Notes: generated from the sequence alone by a model not told the origin. Numbered from the stretch's first letter, positions 29,769 through 38,544 are shown. The stretch: DNA of 64,000 bases from Thermoproteota archaeon (GCA_029258885.1 JAPDJW010000002.1:1-64000); one strand, 5' to 3'. Program-made: numbers and translations.

Positions 29769-30515
29769 CTATCTTATAGCTCTTGCTACTACTGGCAATC
29801 CTGGCCCTGGAAAACCAAGAGACGAGACTCAATGTAAAAAACTTGAGAATCCATGGCTATGTGATCCCCCATCCAAGAATTTCCTCAACCTTCTTCCATT
29901 TACCACTAGAGTGGAGATAGATGACGTGAGGTTTATCGTTCTTGCGAGCATAATCTTTAAATAGGGATTTCTCATATAACCATGGGTGGAAAGCCACGAC
30001 TCCGTCTATCTTGAGGACTCTTGATATCTCAAGAATGACCTTTTCAGGATGTATCATTTCTGATAAGGCTCCTTGAGAGAGAACTACATTAAAAGCCTCG
30101 TCATGAAAATGGTAGCATTTCCGCATTACACTTACTAGGGTGAACGTTTGGAATTAAGGAATTAAGCTTGTTCTTTAGCTGGATAAGCTGCCCCCTAAAT
30201 ATATCGATTCCAACTAATTCTCTAACCTTATTAGCTATTTTCAGCGTTTAAAAGCCTGTTCCGTAGGCTACATTCAAGGCAATAGTATTTTTGGATAGGC
30301 TAATAGATATTAATGCATGGCTAGAAGCTTCTCTATAGCCTGGAATTAACTTAACATATTTATCATAGTATTTACTAAACCGGTCATATGTATACGCTAT
30401 AACCTTATTCCAGTATATGTCCCTAGCTAACCTACAAATTACGTAGAATGGCGTGAAGAAAAGGGAAGCTGTTATGCTTAATAAGTATATGGGCCTTGAT
30501 TCAGTTCAAATTCAT
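29769..30515 (-). pseudogene. Class I SAM-dependent methyltransferase pseudogene
   Basis: ALNVAYGTGF followed by in-frame TAA (30248-30250), then ELVGIDI, NAEMLPF, frameshift into DEAFNVVLSQGAL. Confidence 0.75.
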
Positions 30516-30559
30516 GTCCTTATATACCTAATTAATCATACCTTAAAATTATCGATCTT

Positions 30560-31087
30560 TCAGCTATAAACCCTCTCGTCCACACATATTTTTATCTGAT
30601 TATATAGTTTAATTATATCTTCTTTCCTCCAGTTTCTGCTTGTAAATATCTTCTTTTCAGGTTTTTCGTGTCCAGGCCTCTGGAATAGTATTTCCACATA
30701 GTCGTAGCCGAAGAGTAGAATATCGATTATGCCTAGTGTGGATGGAAATGCTCTACCTTTCCTCACATCCTTTATCCATGTTATCGGTATATACCAGCTT
30801 AATACGTTATTTTTAAGCAATCTTACTCCACCTTTATCTACTATTAACGTCTCCCTACCCGACCTCCTCCCCTTTAGATATGCTATTGCTCCAGCTAGAA
30901 TTAATGCCCCACCTATGCTGTCTGCTATCATAATCTTCTGATACCTCCCTTCAATAGGAACCATGAGCAGTGCAATTGATATGAGGACTATAATAGCTAG
31001 CCCCTCGATAATTAACGTGCGGCCAACCCATTCCAGATACGAGCAACGCGAGGTAATTTTTAAGGAATTATCCGACATACTTCCCAA
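30560..31087 (-). CDS. Hypothetical membrane protein (two TMs plus PH-like soluble part)
   Basis: ORF with two hydrophobic helices. Confidence 0.65.
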   Translation of the reverse strand: MGSMSDNSLKITSRCSYLEWVGRTLIIEGLAIIVLISIALLMVPIEGRYQKIMIADSIGGALILAGAIAYLKGRRSGRETLIVDKGGVRLLKNNVLSWYIPITWIKDVRKGRAFPSTLGIIDILLFGYDYVEILFQRPGHEKPEKKIFTSRNWRKEDIIKLYNQIKICVDERVYS

Positions 31088-31180
31088 TAATTCAATAGAT
31101 TATGATAAAAATATCTGTGCCCCAATTTAGGCGTAAGACAATATAATAGCTGGCATAAATTTCGTTCTAAAGCGGAAACG

Positions 31181-32227
31181 CTATACCATATAATTTAATG
31201 CATCCGTTATCGACGCAATCCTCCTCGAATATATATCGAGAATGTATCTATCATATAGATTTTTGCTTTTCGCTAGCTGATAGAGGTTTTTAAGTATTTT
31301 CAGGCTTTTCCTCAAGTGGTTTCGTATATTCCCTTTCTCATAGCCCACTCCATTATATAGCTGTATTTGCCTCTCGCTCCAGTCTCCCGGCTGATCCATA
31401 CCTGGAGCATATTCATGAAACATCCTCTCCACAGTCTCGTAGTCCGCCACTGCTCCTAGAAAATTAATCTCGCCTCTGCTACCCCACAGGGATTCATCCG
31501 GTCCGTAGAGGGGCATATCATATAGGTTGCTTGCTAAGGGAGCTAGATCCTGCATGGCTATAACATATATCTTATTTACGCCGATTCCATATAGGAAGTC
31601 CTCCAACTTCCTTAGTCCCTCTATTGCTATGAAGCCGTAAAGTATTACTTCCTCGATTCTAGCATCCCTATCATTAAGGAAAACGTAGAGGTCCCGTATG
31701 GATTCTATGAGCGTACGTCCAGTAGCTATCGTATCGGCTACTATTAGGCAGTAATCTCCATTCGATACATTGCAGTATCTTCTATAATTGATAACTACTT
31801 TCCTCTCTCTATGGTTTCGGTATGAACTCAAGATATACTTGGGTCTAACATATGCCTCATGGAAGGATAGGCCTTCCTCCTTCAATGATTCATGCAACAT
31901 ATAGCCCAGCGAAGCCCTCAATACATGGAGATATATTATCGGCATCTCCGGTTTTATGGCTCTAGCTATTATCTTAGCTGCCTCCCTCGAAGCAGTGCTA
32001 TTGAGATCTATAAATTTAGCTCCAACGATCTCCGGCTTACAGGCTATCTCTGATCCTTCGATAGTATCTAGGATATATACCTTAGTCGGCCTTCTACCCC
32101 ACTTAACTGAAAACAGCCGCGTATCCTCATTAAGATAGTTCAGGTCAAGCTTTTCGGTTAAATCTACGTTAATTCTATGTCTGCTTATGATTTCATCGAG
32201 AAGCCTTTGATTTTGAATGTAGTTCAA
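31181..32227 (-). CDS. Uncharacterised phosphoribosyltransferase-fold protein (UPRTase-like)
   Basis: HVLRASLGY resembles UPRT PILRAGLGM; LIVADTIATGRT is a PRPP-binding loop. Confidence 0.65.
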   Translation of the reverse strand: MNYIQNQRLLDEIISRHRINVDLTEKLDLNYLNEDTRLFSVKWGRRPTKVYILDTIEGSEIACKPEIVGAKFIDLNSTASREAAKIIARAIKPEMPIIYLHVLRASLGYMLHESLKEEGLSFHEAYVRPKYILSSYRNHRERKVVINYRRYCNVSNGDYCLIVADTIATGRTLIESIRDLYVFLNDRDARIEEVILYGFIAIEGLRKLEDFLYGIGVNKIYVIAMQDLAPLASNLYDMPLYGPDESLWGSRGEINFLGAVADYETVERMFHEYAPGMDQPGDWSERQIQLYNGVGYEKGNIRNHLRKSLKILKNLYQLAKSKNLYDRYILDIYSRRIASITDALNYMV

Positions 32228-32426
32228 TGCCCTAGCCTAAAATAAGGTGAAGAACTTATTAACCTTACTTTTACTTATCCTAGTTTTCCATTTAGCTACT
32301 CCAGTTATTTTTTCAAATAGATGAGGCTACATAATTTTTAAGTTAAATTTTATTTAGTATTAGGGGGGTTTATTAGGCTTATTTTGATGTGTTAAGTTTA
32401 AATTTATGTTTGTAATAGATAGATGT

Positions 32427-32849
32427 ATGAGCAAAGTTGGGACGATTGGATATCATTATATTATAGAGGCAACGGGATGTGACCCGAAGATACTCGCTGA
32501 CTCGAAAAGGCTAAGGGATATACTCACTGAGTCAGCTAAGGTAGGAAAGATGGATATTAGAATAGTGCACTTTTACAAGTTCTCGCCAACGGGCGTCAGC
32601 GGAATGATAGTGGTATCGGAGTCGCACATATCCATTCATACATGGCCCGAGGAGGGCTACGCAGCAATAGATGTATACATCTGCGGTACGAAGTCGGAGC
32701 CGGAGAAGACTATCGAGTATATACTAGAGCACATCAAGGCAAAGTATGCACACATAACGGAAATCAAGAGGGGAATTAAGGACAACGATGAGTATACGCA
32801 CAGCATACTTTCATGGGACGAGACATTTGAAGGATCAAACCAAGATTAA
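32427..32849 (+). CDS. speD: S-adenosylmethionine decarboxylase proenzyme
   Basis: GVSGMIVVSESHISIHTWPE self-cleavage motif; start uncertain (the ORF begins 32406). Confidence 0.9.
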   Translation: MSKVGTIGYHYIIEATGCDPKILADSKRLRDILTESAKVGKMDIRIVHFYKFSPTGVSGMIVVSESHISIHTWPEEGYAAIDVYICGTKSEPEKTIEYILEHIKAKYAHITEIKRGIKDNDEYTHSILSWDETFEGSNQD

Positions 32850-33706
32850 TTTATTCTATATTTAAATAGCTCCAGCATAAGCCTTCTCTCGGAAACATTC
32901 ATAGGTCTCCCTAAAAACTCCTCAATATTCCCGTATAGCATATTTACGTCTCCATCATACATTCCACCAACTATCCACAGTAGTGCGTCTAGCCTTAAGG
33001 GCGGTATACGGGAGAGATAGCATATATCGCTCCAAACTCTCCTTACCAGAGTAGGATATTTACTTCTTAGAATCCTAACGGCATCAGACAATTTAATATT
33101 GTCTTCGGCCTCTATGACGCCATTTGATAGGCTTACCATACATACTCTATAGTCTACTGGTATGGGTATCTCAAACGGTACCTCTATCGATTTTCCCAAC
33201 GCCTTGAGTAGATAGTAGAACATTTTAATGCTGAAGACAATGGTTTTGGAGTCGCTTCTCGTATCCAATATACGGGCGAGATCATTTCGTAGCTTGGCCA
33301 GATCTAGGACGTATTCATCGAACTTAAGTCTTAGTAGTTGAGGCATCCTAGATATGTATAGTCTAGCTCTGCGTAGCCTAGCATCCCTGAATCTTCCTAG
33401 GCTTGGACTGTTCTCAACGAAGCTTAAGAGTATTAGTTCGGGTCTTTCCCCAGCGTTCCTGGCTACATGTTCTGCGAGGAGATTCCAGTGTTTTTCGCCC
33501 TTAACTGATAACATATAGCTTACTAATGCTGTTCCAACAATGATAATTGCCGCATCGACGGGATCATCTAGGATACTTAATATTTTTCGGACAACAACGT
33601 ATTGTATATCCTTTTCTTCGAGTTCATCTATTATCTTCCTACATGACGCCAGTATTTTACCGATTAATAATACTCTATCTCTATTAATTGAAAACATTTC
33701 AACCAC
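32846..33706 (-). CDS. Archaeal N-glycosylase/DNA lyase (AGOG)
   Basis: YMLSVKGEKHW, KTIVFSIKM, IPIPVDYRV and PPLRLDALLW motifs. Confidence 0.85.
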   Translation of the reverse strand: MVEMFSINRDRVLLIGKILASCRKIIDELEEKDIQYVVVRKILSILDDPVDAAIIIVGTALVSYMLSVKGEKHWNLLAEHVARNAGERPELILLSFVENSPSLGRFRDARLRRARLYISRMPQLLRLKFDEYVLDLAKLRNDLARILDTRSDSKTIVFSIKMFYYLLKALGKSIEVPFEIPIPVDYRVCMVSLSNGVIEAEDNIKLSDAVRILRSKYPTLVRRVWSDICYLSRIPPLRLDALLWIVGGMYDGDVNMLYGNIEEFLGRPMNVSERRLMLELFKYRIN

Positions 33707-33899
33707 TAATACTCCTTTTAACTATCTTAAGTATTTTAAGCGCCTTTCTCCTGCTTCGAGTCCTCAGCAACACATAGCTACCCATATCAACTACGTTAAA
33801 ATCGCTTAGACTTATACCCAGCCTACTAAGCAGACTCTTCTCTACTTTAACTACGTAGTAGCCCTCCGGATCCCTAGGTCCAAGCTCGCTCAATGACAT
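33699..33899 (-). CDS. Small hypothetical protein coupled to AGOG
   Basis: 66-aa ORF with ATG start, overlapping the AGOG start by 8 nt. Confidence 0.65.
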   Translation of the reverse strand: MSLSELGPRDPEGYYVVKVEKSLLSRLGISLSDFNVVDMGSYVLLRTRSRRKALKILKIVKRSISG

Positions 33900-34047
33900 A
33901 CCGCTAGAATTGATAACTCTAGCAATTAATTTGCTTTACCTCACTTAAACGTATACAACAAAGACTATTCGTTTATTTGGGATATTTTGGGAACGCTATA
34001 TTTATATTTCTCTTTTTGTTTGGATGCTTGGTGCTATCAGGCTTACG

Positions 34048-34219
34048 CCGATGACGGCTTACCCCGTAACCCGCACCCAGTGGTGTGCGGGAATGTAGCT
34101 CCCAATGAACCATCGAAAAAGGTGAAGTGGATGAGGAAGAAGCCCGTGCCAGCCATCAAAATATCGAAAATACCCAAAAGATAATGCACAGGCAACCACG
34201 TGTGTTACCAGTACCAGAG
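34048..34219 (+). ncRNA. Stand-alone IS200/IS605 TnpB omega-RNA (right-end RNA) homolog with flanking putative guide
   Basis: 34065-34199 aligns without gaps to the reverse complement of 36565-36699 at 106/135 identity; both end GGCAACCAC and then diverge. Confidence 0.75.
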
Positions 34220-34666
34220 ATACTTCTCGTAGTTTTCAACTTTGTATTTTCTGCCCTTCTTAACTATTTTAAATCCCTCGTTTCTCAGCCTCTCCGCCTG
34301 TAGCTCTACGCCGCCGGGGAACTTTTCGTTTAAGCTTCCATCGGCCTTTAATACGCGCCAGTAAGGTGTTACCTCGTCTAAGGTTTTCTCTCCCTTTCTC
34401 AGCATCTCCTCCGCGCACTCCGCAGCTATACGTAGGAACCATCCCGTAGCTAGTGGGCAGGTTAAGTCTGCTCCAAAATCTTTTGCAAGCTTATCCCTCA
34501 GTATTTTAACGGTAGAGAGCCTGCCCTTGGGAATCTGCCTTATCATGGAATCCACTAAGAGAGGCGAAGGTACAAGCATCTTGCCTCTTCCACGGGGATC
34601 ATCTTCAATATGCGGCTTAATATCCTTCCTAAGCTTTTCACACCAAGTCTTTCTCTTATAAACCAT
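34205..34666 (-). CDS. MGMT-family alkyltransferase-like protein
   Basis: IRQIPKGRLST and TPYWRVL (no active-site Cys); likely start MVYKRK. Confidence 0.85.
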   Translation of the reverse strand: MVYKRKTWCEKLRKDIKPHIEDDPRGRGKMLVPSPLLVDSMIRQIPKGRLSTVKILRDKLAKDFGADLTCPLATGWFLRIAAECAEEMLRKGEKTLDEVTPYWRVLKADGSLNEKFPGGVELQAERLRNEGFKIVKKGRKYKVENYEKYLWYW

Positions 34667-34990
34667 AGTTAAAAGCACCGATATCCAATAGTGTGCCATC
34701 AACATAAATCTAACCTATAAGATTGTTGTATGATAGCTTAGTGGTTGCTATAGTCGTACGAGTTAATTAAGCTAATTGAGTTTTGACTTGCCTATAGCAG
34801 TAATGCTATCGAACTGTATGAGCTATAGGTGAAAATATGAATTAGCTGAAATGTGTAAGGTTTATGAAAGAAGTTTTAACTACAGGGAAAAGCCAGTTGT
34901 TATACCTATGTAGTTAAAAGATCTATAGATAAGCAGTTTAGGAAGAAGAGATTATAAGTTGCACGAGATTGTAAGGAAAGATGTATGTTA

Positions 34991-35066
34991 TGGGGCCCGG
35001 GCCGAGATTTGAACTCGGGATCTTCGGCTCCACAGGCCGATGTGTTGCCGCTACACCACCCGGGCC
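34991..35066 (-). tRNA. tRNA-His(GUG), intronless, with encoded G-1 and CCA
   Basis: Cloverleaf: acceptor GCCCGGG/CCCGGGC, anticodon loop CTGTGGA, T-loop GTTCAAATC, 3' C-CCA. Confidence 0.97.
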
Positions 35067-35242
35067 TCATTTAGTGTTTTAAAGAACTTTGATTTATATT
35101 TTTTGACGGTATTATGGGGTGTGGTGACTTTCATAATAATTTTAGATTATCGCGGGTTGTTGGTGATGGCTTTCTACGTGTTTGTCGATTGTCGTCTACA
35201 GTATGTTTATTTCTATCTACTGTTATTTTATGGTAGGGGATT

Positions 35243-36109
35243 ATGGTTTCTGAGATTGATTTAAGCTATATTTTTCAGGCTTTATCGCATGAGACTAGAA
35301 GGAAGATGATTAAGATTTTGGCTGAGAGGGGGTCTTTATCGTTTAGTGAGCTTATGGAGCTGGCTGGTATCGAGGAGACGGGTACTTTTGGCTTTCATAT
35401 GAGGAGGATTGAGGATTTAGTTGAGAAGCTTGATGATGGAAGGTATAGACTCTCGGATTTAGGTAGGCTTGCCTATAGCATTATATGTTTTGCTGAAGGT
35501 AAGGGAGATATTGTACCGTCTCGCCCCGTTAAAGGGGAGGTTAAGGTGTTTAACTATATATCTAAGGTTGTTGTTGATAGAAGTTTGCTGGAGAAGTACA
35601 GTAAGGTTGGCTTCGACTATATTGGTAAGGTCGTATTCACGGAGGATGTCGATGAGGAGCTATTCAGGGATAAGGTTCTCTTCTTTAAGGGAGTTGGGAA
35701 AATTGTTGTCCCTAAGCACTTGGTTAGGTTAGCTTACAGCCTACTGGATGAATACTGTGGCAGCGTTATCGGATATGAGGATAAGGTTCCGAAGCGGTGG
35801 CTTGAGGAGAAGAGAGGGGTCAGGGAACTGGTTAACTACGGTGAAATGGTAATTACCAGGAGAAGGCTTGAGAAGGCAGTTGAGGAAGGCTATATGCTTA
35901 GAATAGAAAACCATGGCACGCTCATCATAGAGGAGGACGTCAATCCCGAGCTATTCGAAAGAGCAGTATTTTCGATAGATTCACGTGGAGAAATATATGC
36001 CGCCAGTAAGCTACATAGGATAATCTCGGATAAGATAGAGAGTATAAGCGGAGGAGTAAGGGATCTAGCAGAGCTTACTGAGAAGGGTGCTTCACTTCAA
36101 CATGCTTAG
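35243..36109 (+). CDS. ArsR-family winged-helix protein with unknown C-terminal domain
   Basis: FQALSHETRRKMIKILAE..LSFSELME..FGFHMRRI HTH. Confidence 0.82.
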   Translation: MVSEIDLSYIFQALSHETRRKMIKILAERGSLSFSELMELAGIEETGTFGFHMRRIEDLVEKLDDGRYRLSDLGRLAYSIICFAEGKGDIVPSRPVKGEVKVFNYISKVVVDRSLLEKYSKVGFDYIGKVVFTEDVDEELFRDKVLFFKGVGKIVVPKHLVRLAYSLLDEYCGSVIGYEDKVPKRWLEEKRGVRELVNYGEMVITRRRLEKAVEEGYMLRIENHGTLIIEEDVNPELFERAVFSIDSRGEIYAASKLHRIISDKIESISGGVRDLAELTEKGASLQHA

Positions 36110-36564
36110 CAGTTTACGTAGCTCGTTAATCTTAGCTTTTACGGCCTCCTCTGTCTTGAATTCATGCTCTATTCTATCTAGTAGCTTGCTTATTTTTACT
36201 TTTAAATCTCCTCCAGCTAGCTCCTCCACTCTTTTCCAGTCGATTGAATAGTAGTGCATGATCATTAGTTTAAGGGCGTCCTCTAAATCTTTGATGGAGG
36301 ATAGTATTAATACTTTAGCAACTATGTTCTCTTCCAGAGGAGTTATTTTAACGTCCTGACATTTTACGTGAACTGTAATGCTGCGCTTAAGCGACTCCTC
36401 GTCTAAATATGTTCTTGGATACTTGAAGTCAAGCCTATATCCATCTACGATAACGGTGAAGTGTCCTCCATTCCTATATGCTGCAAGTGCTTCATTGGGA
36501 TTTATATCGAAGTTCTCCCTTTTAAGCTCCTCTACAAGCCTATATATCGATTGTAGGCTATCTG
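36092..36564 (-). pseudogene. 3' part of a nucleotidyltransferase-like (AbiEii/DUF6036-like) gene interrupted by the IS element
   Basis: Open frame from the IS right end to TGA: ..GYRLDFKYP..TPLEENIVAKVL..KDLEDALKL; no start codon outside the IS. Confidence 0.6.
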
Positions 36565-37836
36565 GTGGTTGCCCGTGCTTTATATTTTGGAAATTATGAG
36601 TATTTCAGGAATTTGCACGGGCTTCTCCCTCAGCCACCTCATCTGGCTCGGTGGTTCATTGGAAGCTACATCCCCGCACACCACTAGGTGCAGGTTACGA
36701 TGGATTAGGCATATTCTCCCGCTCCTGATGGCTACTTTGCCGTCATTGGAGCGGGAGAAGAGGTTAAGACAAGCAACATACTGAGCGTTAAATGTAAAAC
36801 CACATCTCCTACATCTAAATGTCTCTTTATCAACTCTATTCCTCTTATCCATGTAACCGCATATTGGGCATGTGATGGAGGTTTTCCTAGCATTAACCTC
36901 CAGTACACTCAAGCCTCGTTCATAGAATTTATAGTCAATGTACTCTATGAACCTACGGTATGGGAAGGTGGATAACCTGTAGTTCAGTTGCTTACTCTTC
37001 TTCCTACCATTAAGCCTTAAGTCCTTGAGGTTCTCTCTGATTAAGTCAGCCTCATATTCCTTGGCAGTCTCTGCTAGTAACGTAGTTATCTTCTTTAACC
37101 TATCCTCTACACGCTTCCTCTCACGACGACCATACTTAGCTAGGAGCTTATCGCGTACTCTTGGGTTCTTCACTTTCTCTTGTATGCTCTTCCTGATTCT
37201 CCTGTAGTTAGTACGTATTTTCCTGATATCGTGCCTTATTGAGAACAGTACAGCTTCATTCCTATTGTAATTAACTAGTAGGCAGTCAATACTATCCTCA
37301 TTAATATCTATGAAAAGCTTATTCTCATGCTCACCAACCTCAACGTTCTTACGTATGGTTAGGAGTAAGTAGATACTGTTACCATCAACTAGCATCTTGG
37401 AGTTGCCTAGCTTAGCTCCTTCAAGCTCTCTCCTAGCGTAATCGTACTTCATCACTAGGAATCTTAAGTAGACACCATTACCTTTAGATACCGTCAGTAC
37501 TGAGAAGCCGTGCCTTCTCTCAAGCTTGTAGGTATCAACGTGGAGTTCAACGACTTTATTATCCTCTACTGTAGGTAGTGATGGCGGCGATATTCTCTTC
37601 CTCTTCTTCTCCGGTAACCGCTTCCACCTGTTCAGTAGCTTCCTGTAGCTACGGTACATTGCTAACGCCCTCTTATATGCTTCCTGAACAAACTTATTGT
37701 GTAGGTGAGGATACCTTTCTCTCAATACTCTATAGCATAGCTCGTGTGCTTTCTTCCTACTGCAAACATTATTTTTAACAATGATTTTTAGAGCATCCCT
37801 TATCATTGCTGTATAGTCGTTTAGAAGAGAGAACAA
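36565..37836 (-). mobile_element. IS200/IS605-family element remnant (tnpB plus right end; no tnpA or left end)
   Basis: tnpB ORF plus right end GCACGGGCAACCAC shared with the second copy at 34186-34199. Confidence 0.8.
36580..37836 (-). CDS. tnpB: TnpB RNA-guided endonuclease homolog; RuvC-III Asp replaced by Gln; probably N-terminally truncated
   Basis: RuvC-I FIDIN, RuvC-II RENL, Zn finger CPICG/CRRCG, RuvC-III NAQYVACLNL; only a TTG start is available. Confidence 0.88.
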   Translation of the reverse strand: MFSLLNDYTAMIRDALKIIVKNNVCSRKKAHELCYRVLRERYPHLHNKFVQEAYKRALAMYRSYRKLLNRWKRLPEKKRKRISPPSLPTVEDNKVVELHVDTYKLERRHGFSVLTVSKGNGVYLRFLVMKYDYARRELEGAKLGNSKMLVDGNSIYLLLTIRKNVEVGEHENKLFIDINEDSIDCLLVNYNRNEAVLFSIRHDIRKIRTNYRRIRKSIQEKVKNPRVRDKLLAKYGRRERKRVEDRLKKITTLLAETAKEYEADLIRENLKDLRLNGRKKSKQLNYRLSTFPYRRFIEYIDYKFYERGLSVLEVNARKTSITCPICGYMDKRNRVDKETFRCRRCGFTFNAQYVACLNLFSRSNDGKVAIRSGRICLIHRNLHLVVCGDVASNEPPSQMRWLREKPVQIPEILIISKI

Positions 37837-37837
37837 C

Positions 37838-38212
37838 TGGTTATATAGGGAATATATTGCCTTAAGGAAATATGCTGAAAAATATGGAATTAGCTTTGCA
37901 ACATGTAAGGAGGGTTTCTTCAGCCTTCATACGGCTCCGGACTGCTGTGGCATGTTTTTCCTCGAAGACTATGTGCTAAGACCTACTCTTTATGAGGCGT
38001 GGCTTATGTATAGGCGGGATCGACGGGTTCCATCGATCGATGAATTACTTTCCGAATATTGTACCCAAGGAAATTACATCTGTAGTATTAGATTAGTCGA
38101 CTACCCGAGGGTAATTAGGAAGGGTATTAGAAATCACGAAAAAATGTTGGGGAAAGTGTTATGTAATAGAGAGCTTTTAGGGAAGGTAGCTTTTGAATTC
38201 ACCTATGTTTAG
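37838..38212 (+). pseudogene. C-terminal remnant of a radical-SAM (SPL-like) protein
   Basis: Open frame WLYREYIALRKYAEKYGISFATCKEGFFSLHTAPDCCG..; the 5' part is missing and abuts tnpB back-to-back. Confidence 0.6.
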
Positions 38213-38508
38213 CTTTTCGTCGAGTTTACGCATACGTGTTGGCGGTGCCTATATGTATGTCTATGTACAGTCATGTTGCAGTTGTGGTGGTAGAGGTGCT
38301 GGCATGTGCACTTGTGTGTTCTAGTACAGTTATGGATTCTTAATCTAGTGTGGTTCTGACAGCATATTCTACACGGAGTATATCCCTGCCCTTCACTATC
38401 GTCTGTTGATTGATCCTGAACTGTTGTGCTTGGCTGGGTGTATGCTATAATTAGTCCTGCAAGCACTATCAGCATTATTATTGAAACTACGGCTATCGTC
38501 TTCATCAA
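38209..38508 (-). CDS. Small secreted/anchored Cys/His-rich protein
   Basis: N-terminal hydrophobic helix, acidic linker, then a Cys/His-rich tail. Confidence 0.65.
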   Translation of the reverse strand: MMKTIAVVSIIMLIVLAGLIIAYTQPSTTVQDQSTDDSEGQGYTPCRICCQNHTRLRIHNCTRTHKCTCQHLYHHNCNMTVHRHTYRHRQHVCVNSTKS

Positions 38509-38544
38509 GCATTAGGGGGCTAGGATACCTTAATTAAGGATTAT

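Noticed and set aside
33987-34184. 65-aa ORF as a protein-coding gene
   Set aside because: Its C-terminal half is the TnpB tail reading frame carried by the omega-RNA copy; it has TTG start and no independent domain.
34741-34748. GTGGTTGC, the reverse complement of the IS right-end core GCAACCAC
   Set aside because: Only 8 nt match with no flanking similarity; about two such hits are expected by chance in this window.
34700-35066. Integrated element at tRNA-His
   Set aside because: No integrase and no duplicated tRNA 3' end (att site) were found in the window.
35040-35264. 74-aa plus-strand ORF
   Set aside because: It overlaps tRNA-His and its AT-rich promoter region, so it is spurious.
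36378-36784. Plus-strand ORFs 36378..36599 and 36569..36784
   Set aside because: They are antisense to the NTase remnant and the tnpB 3' end.
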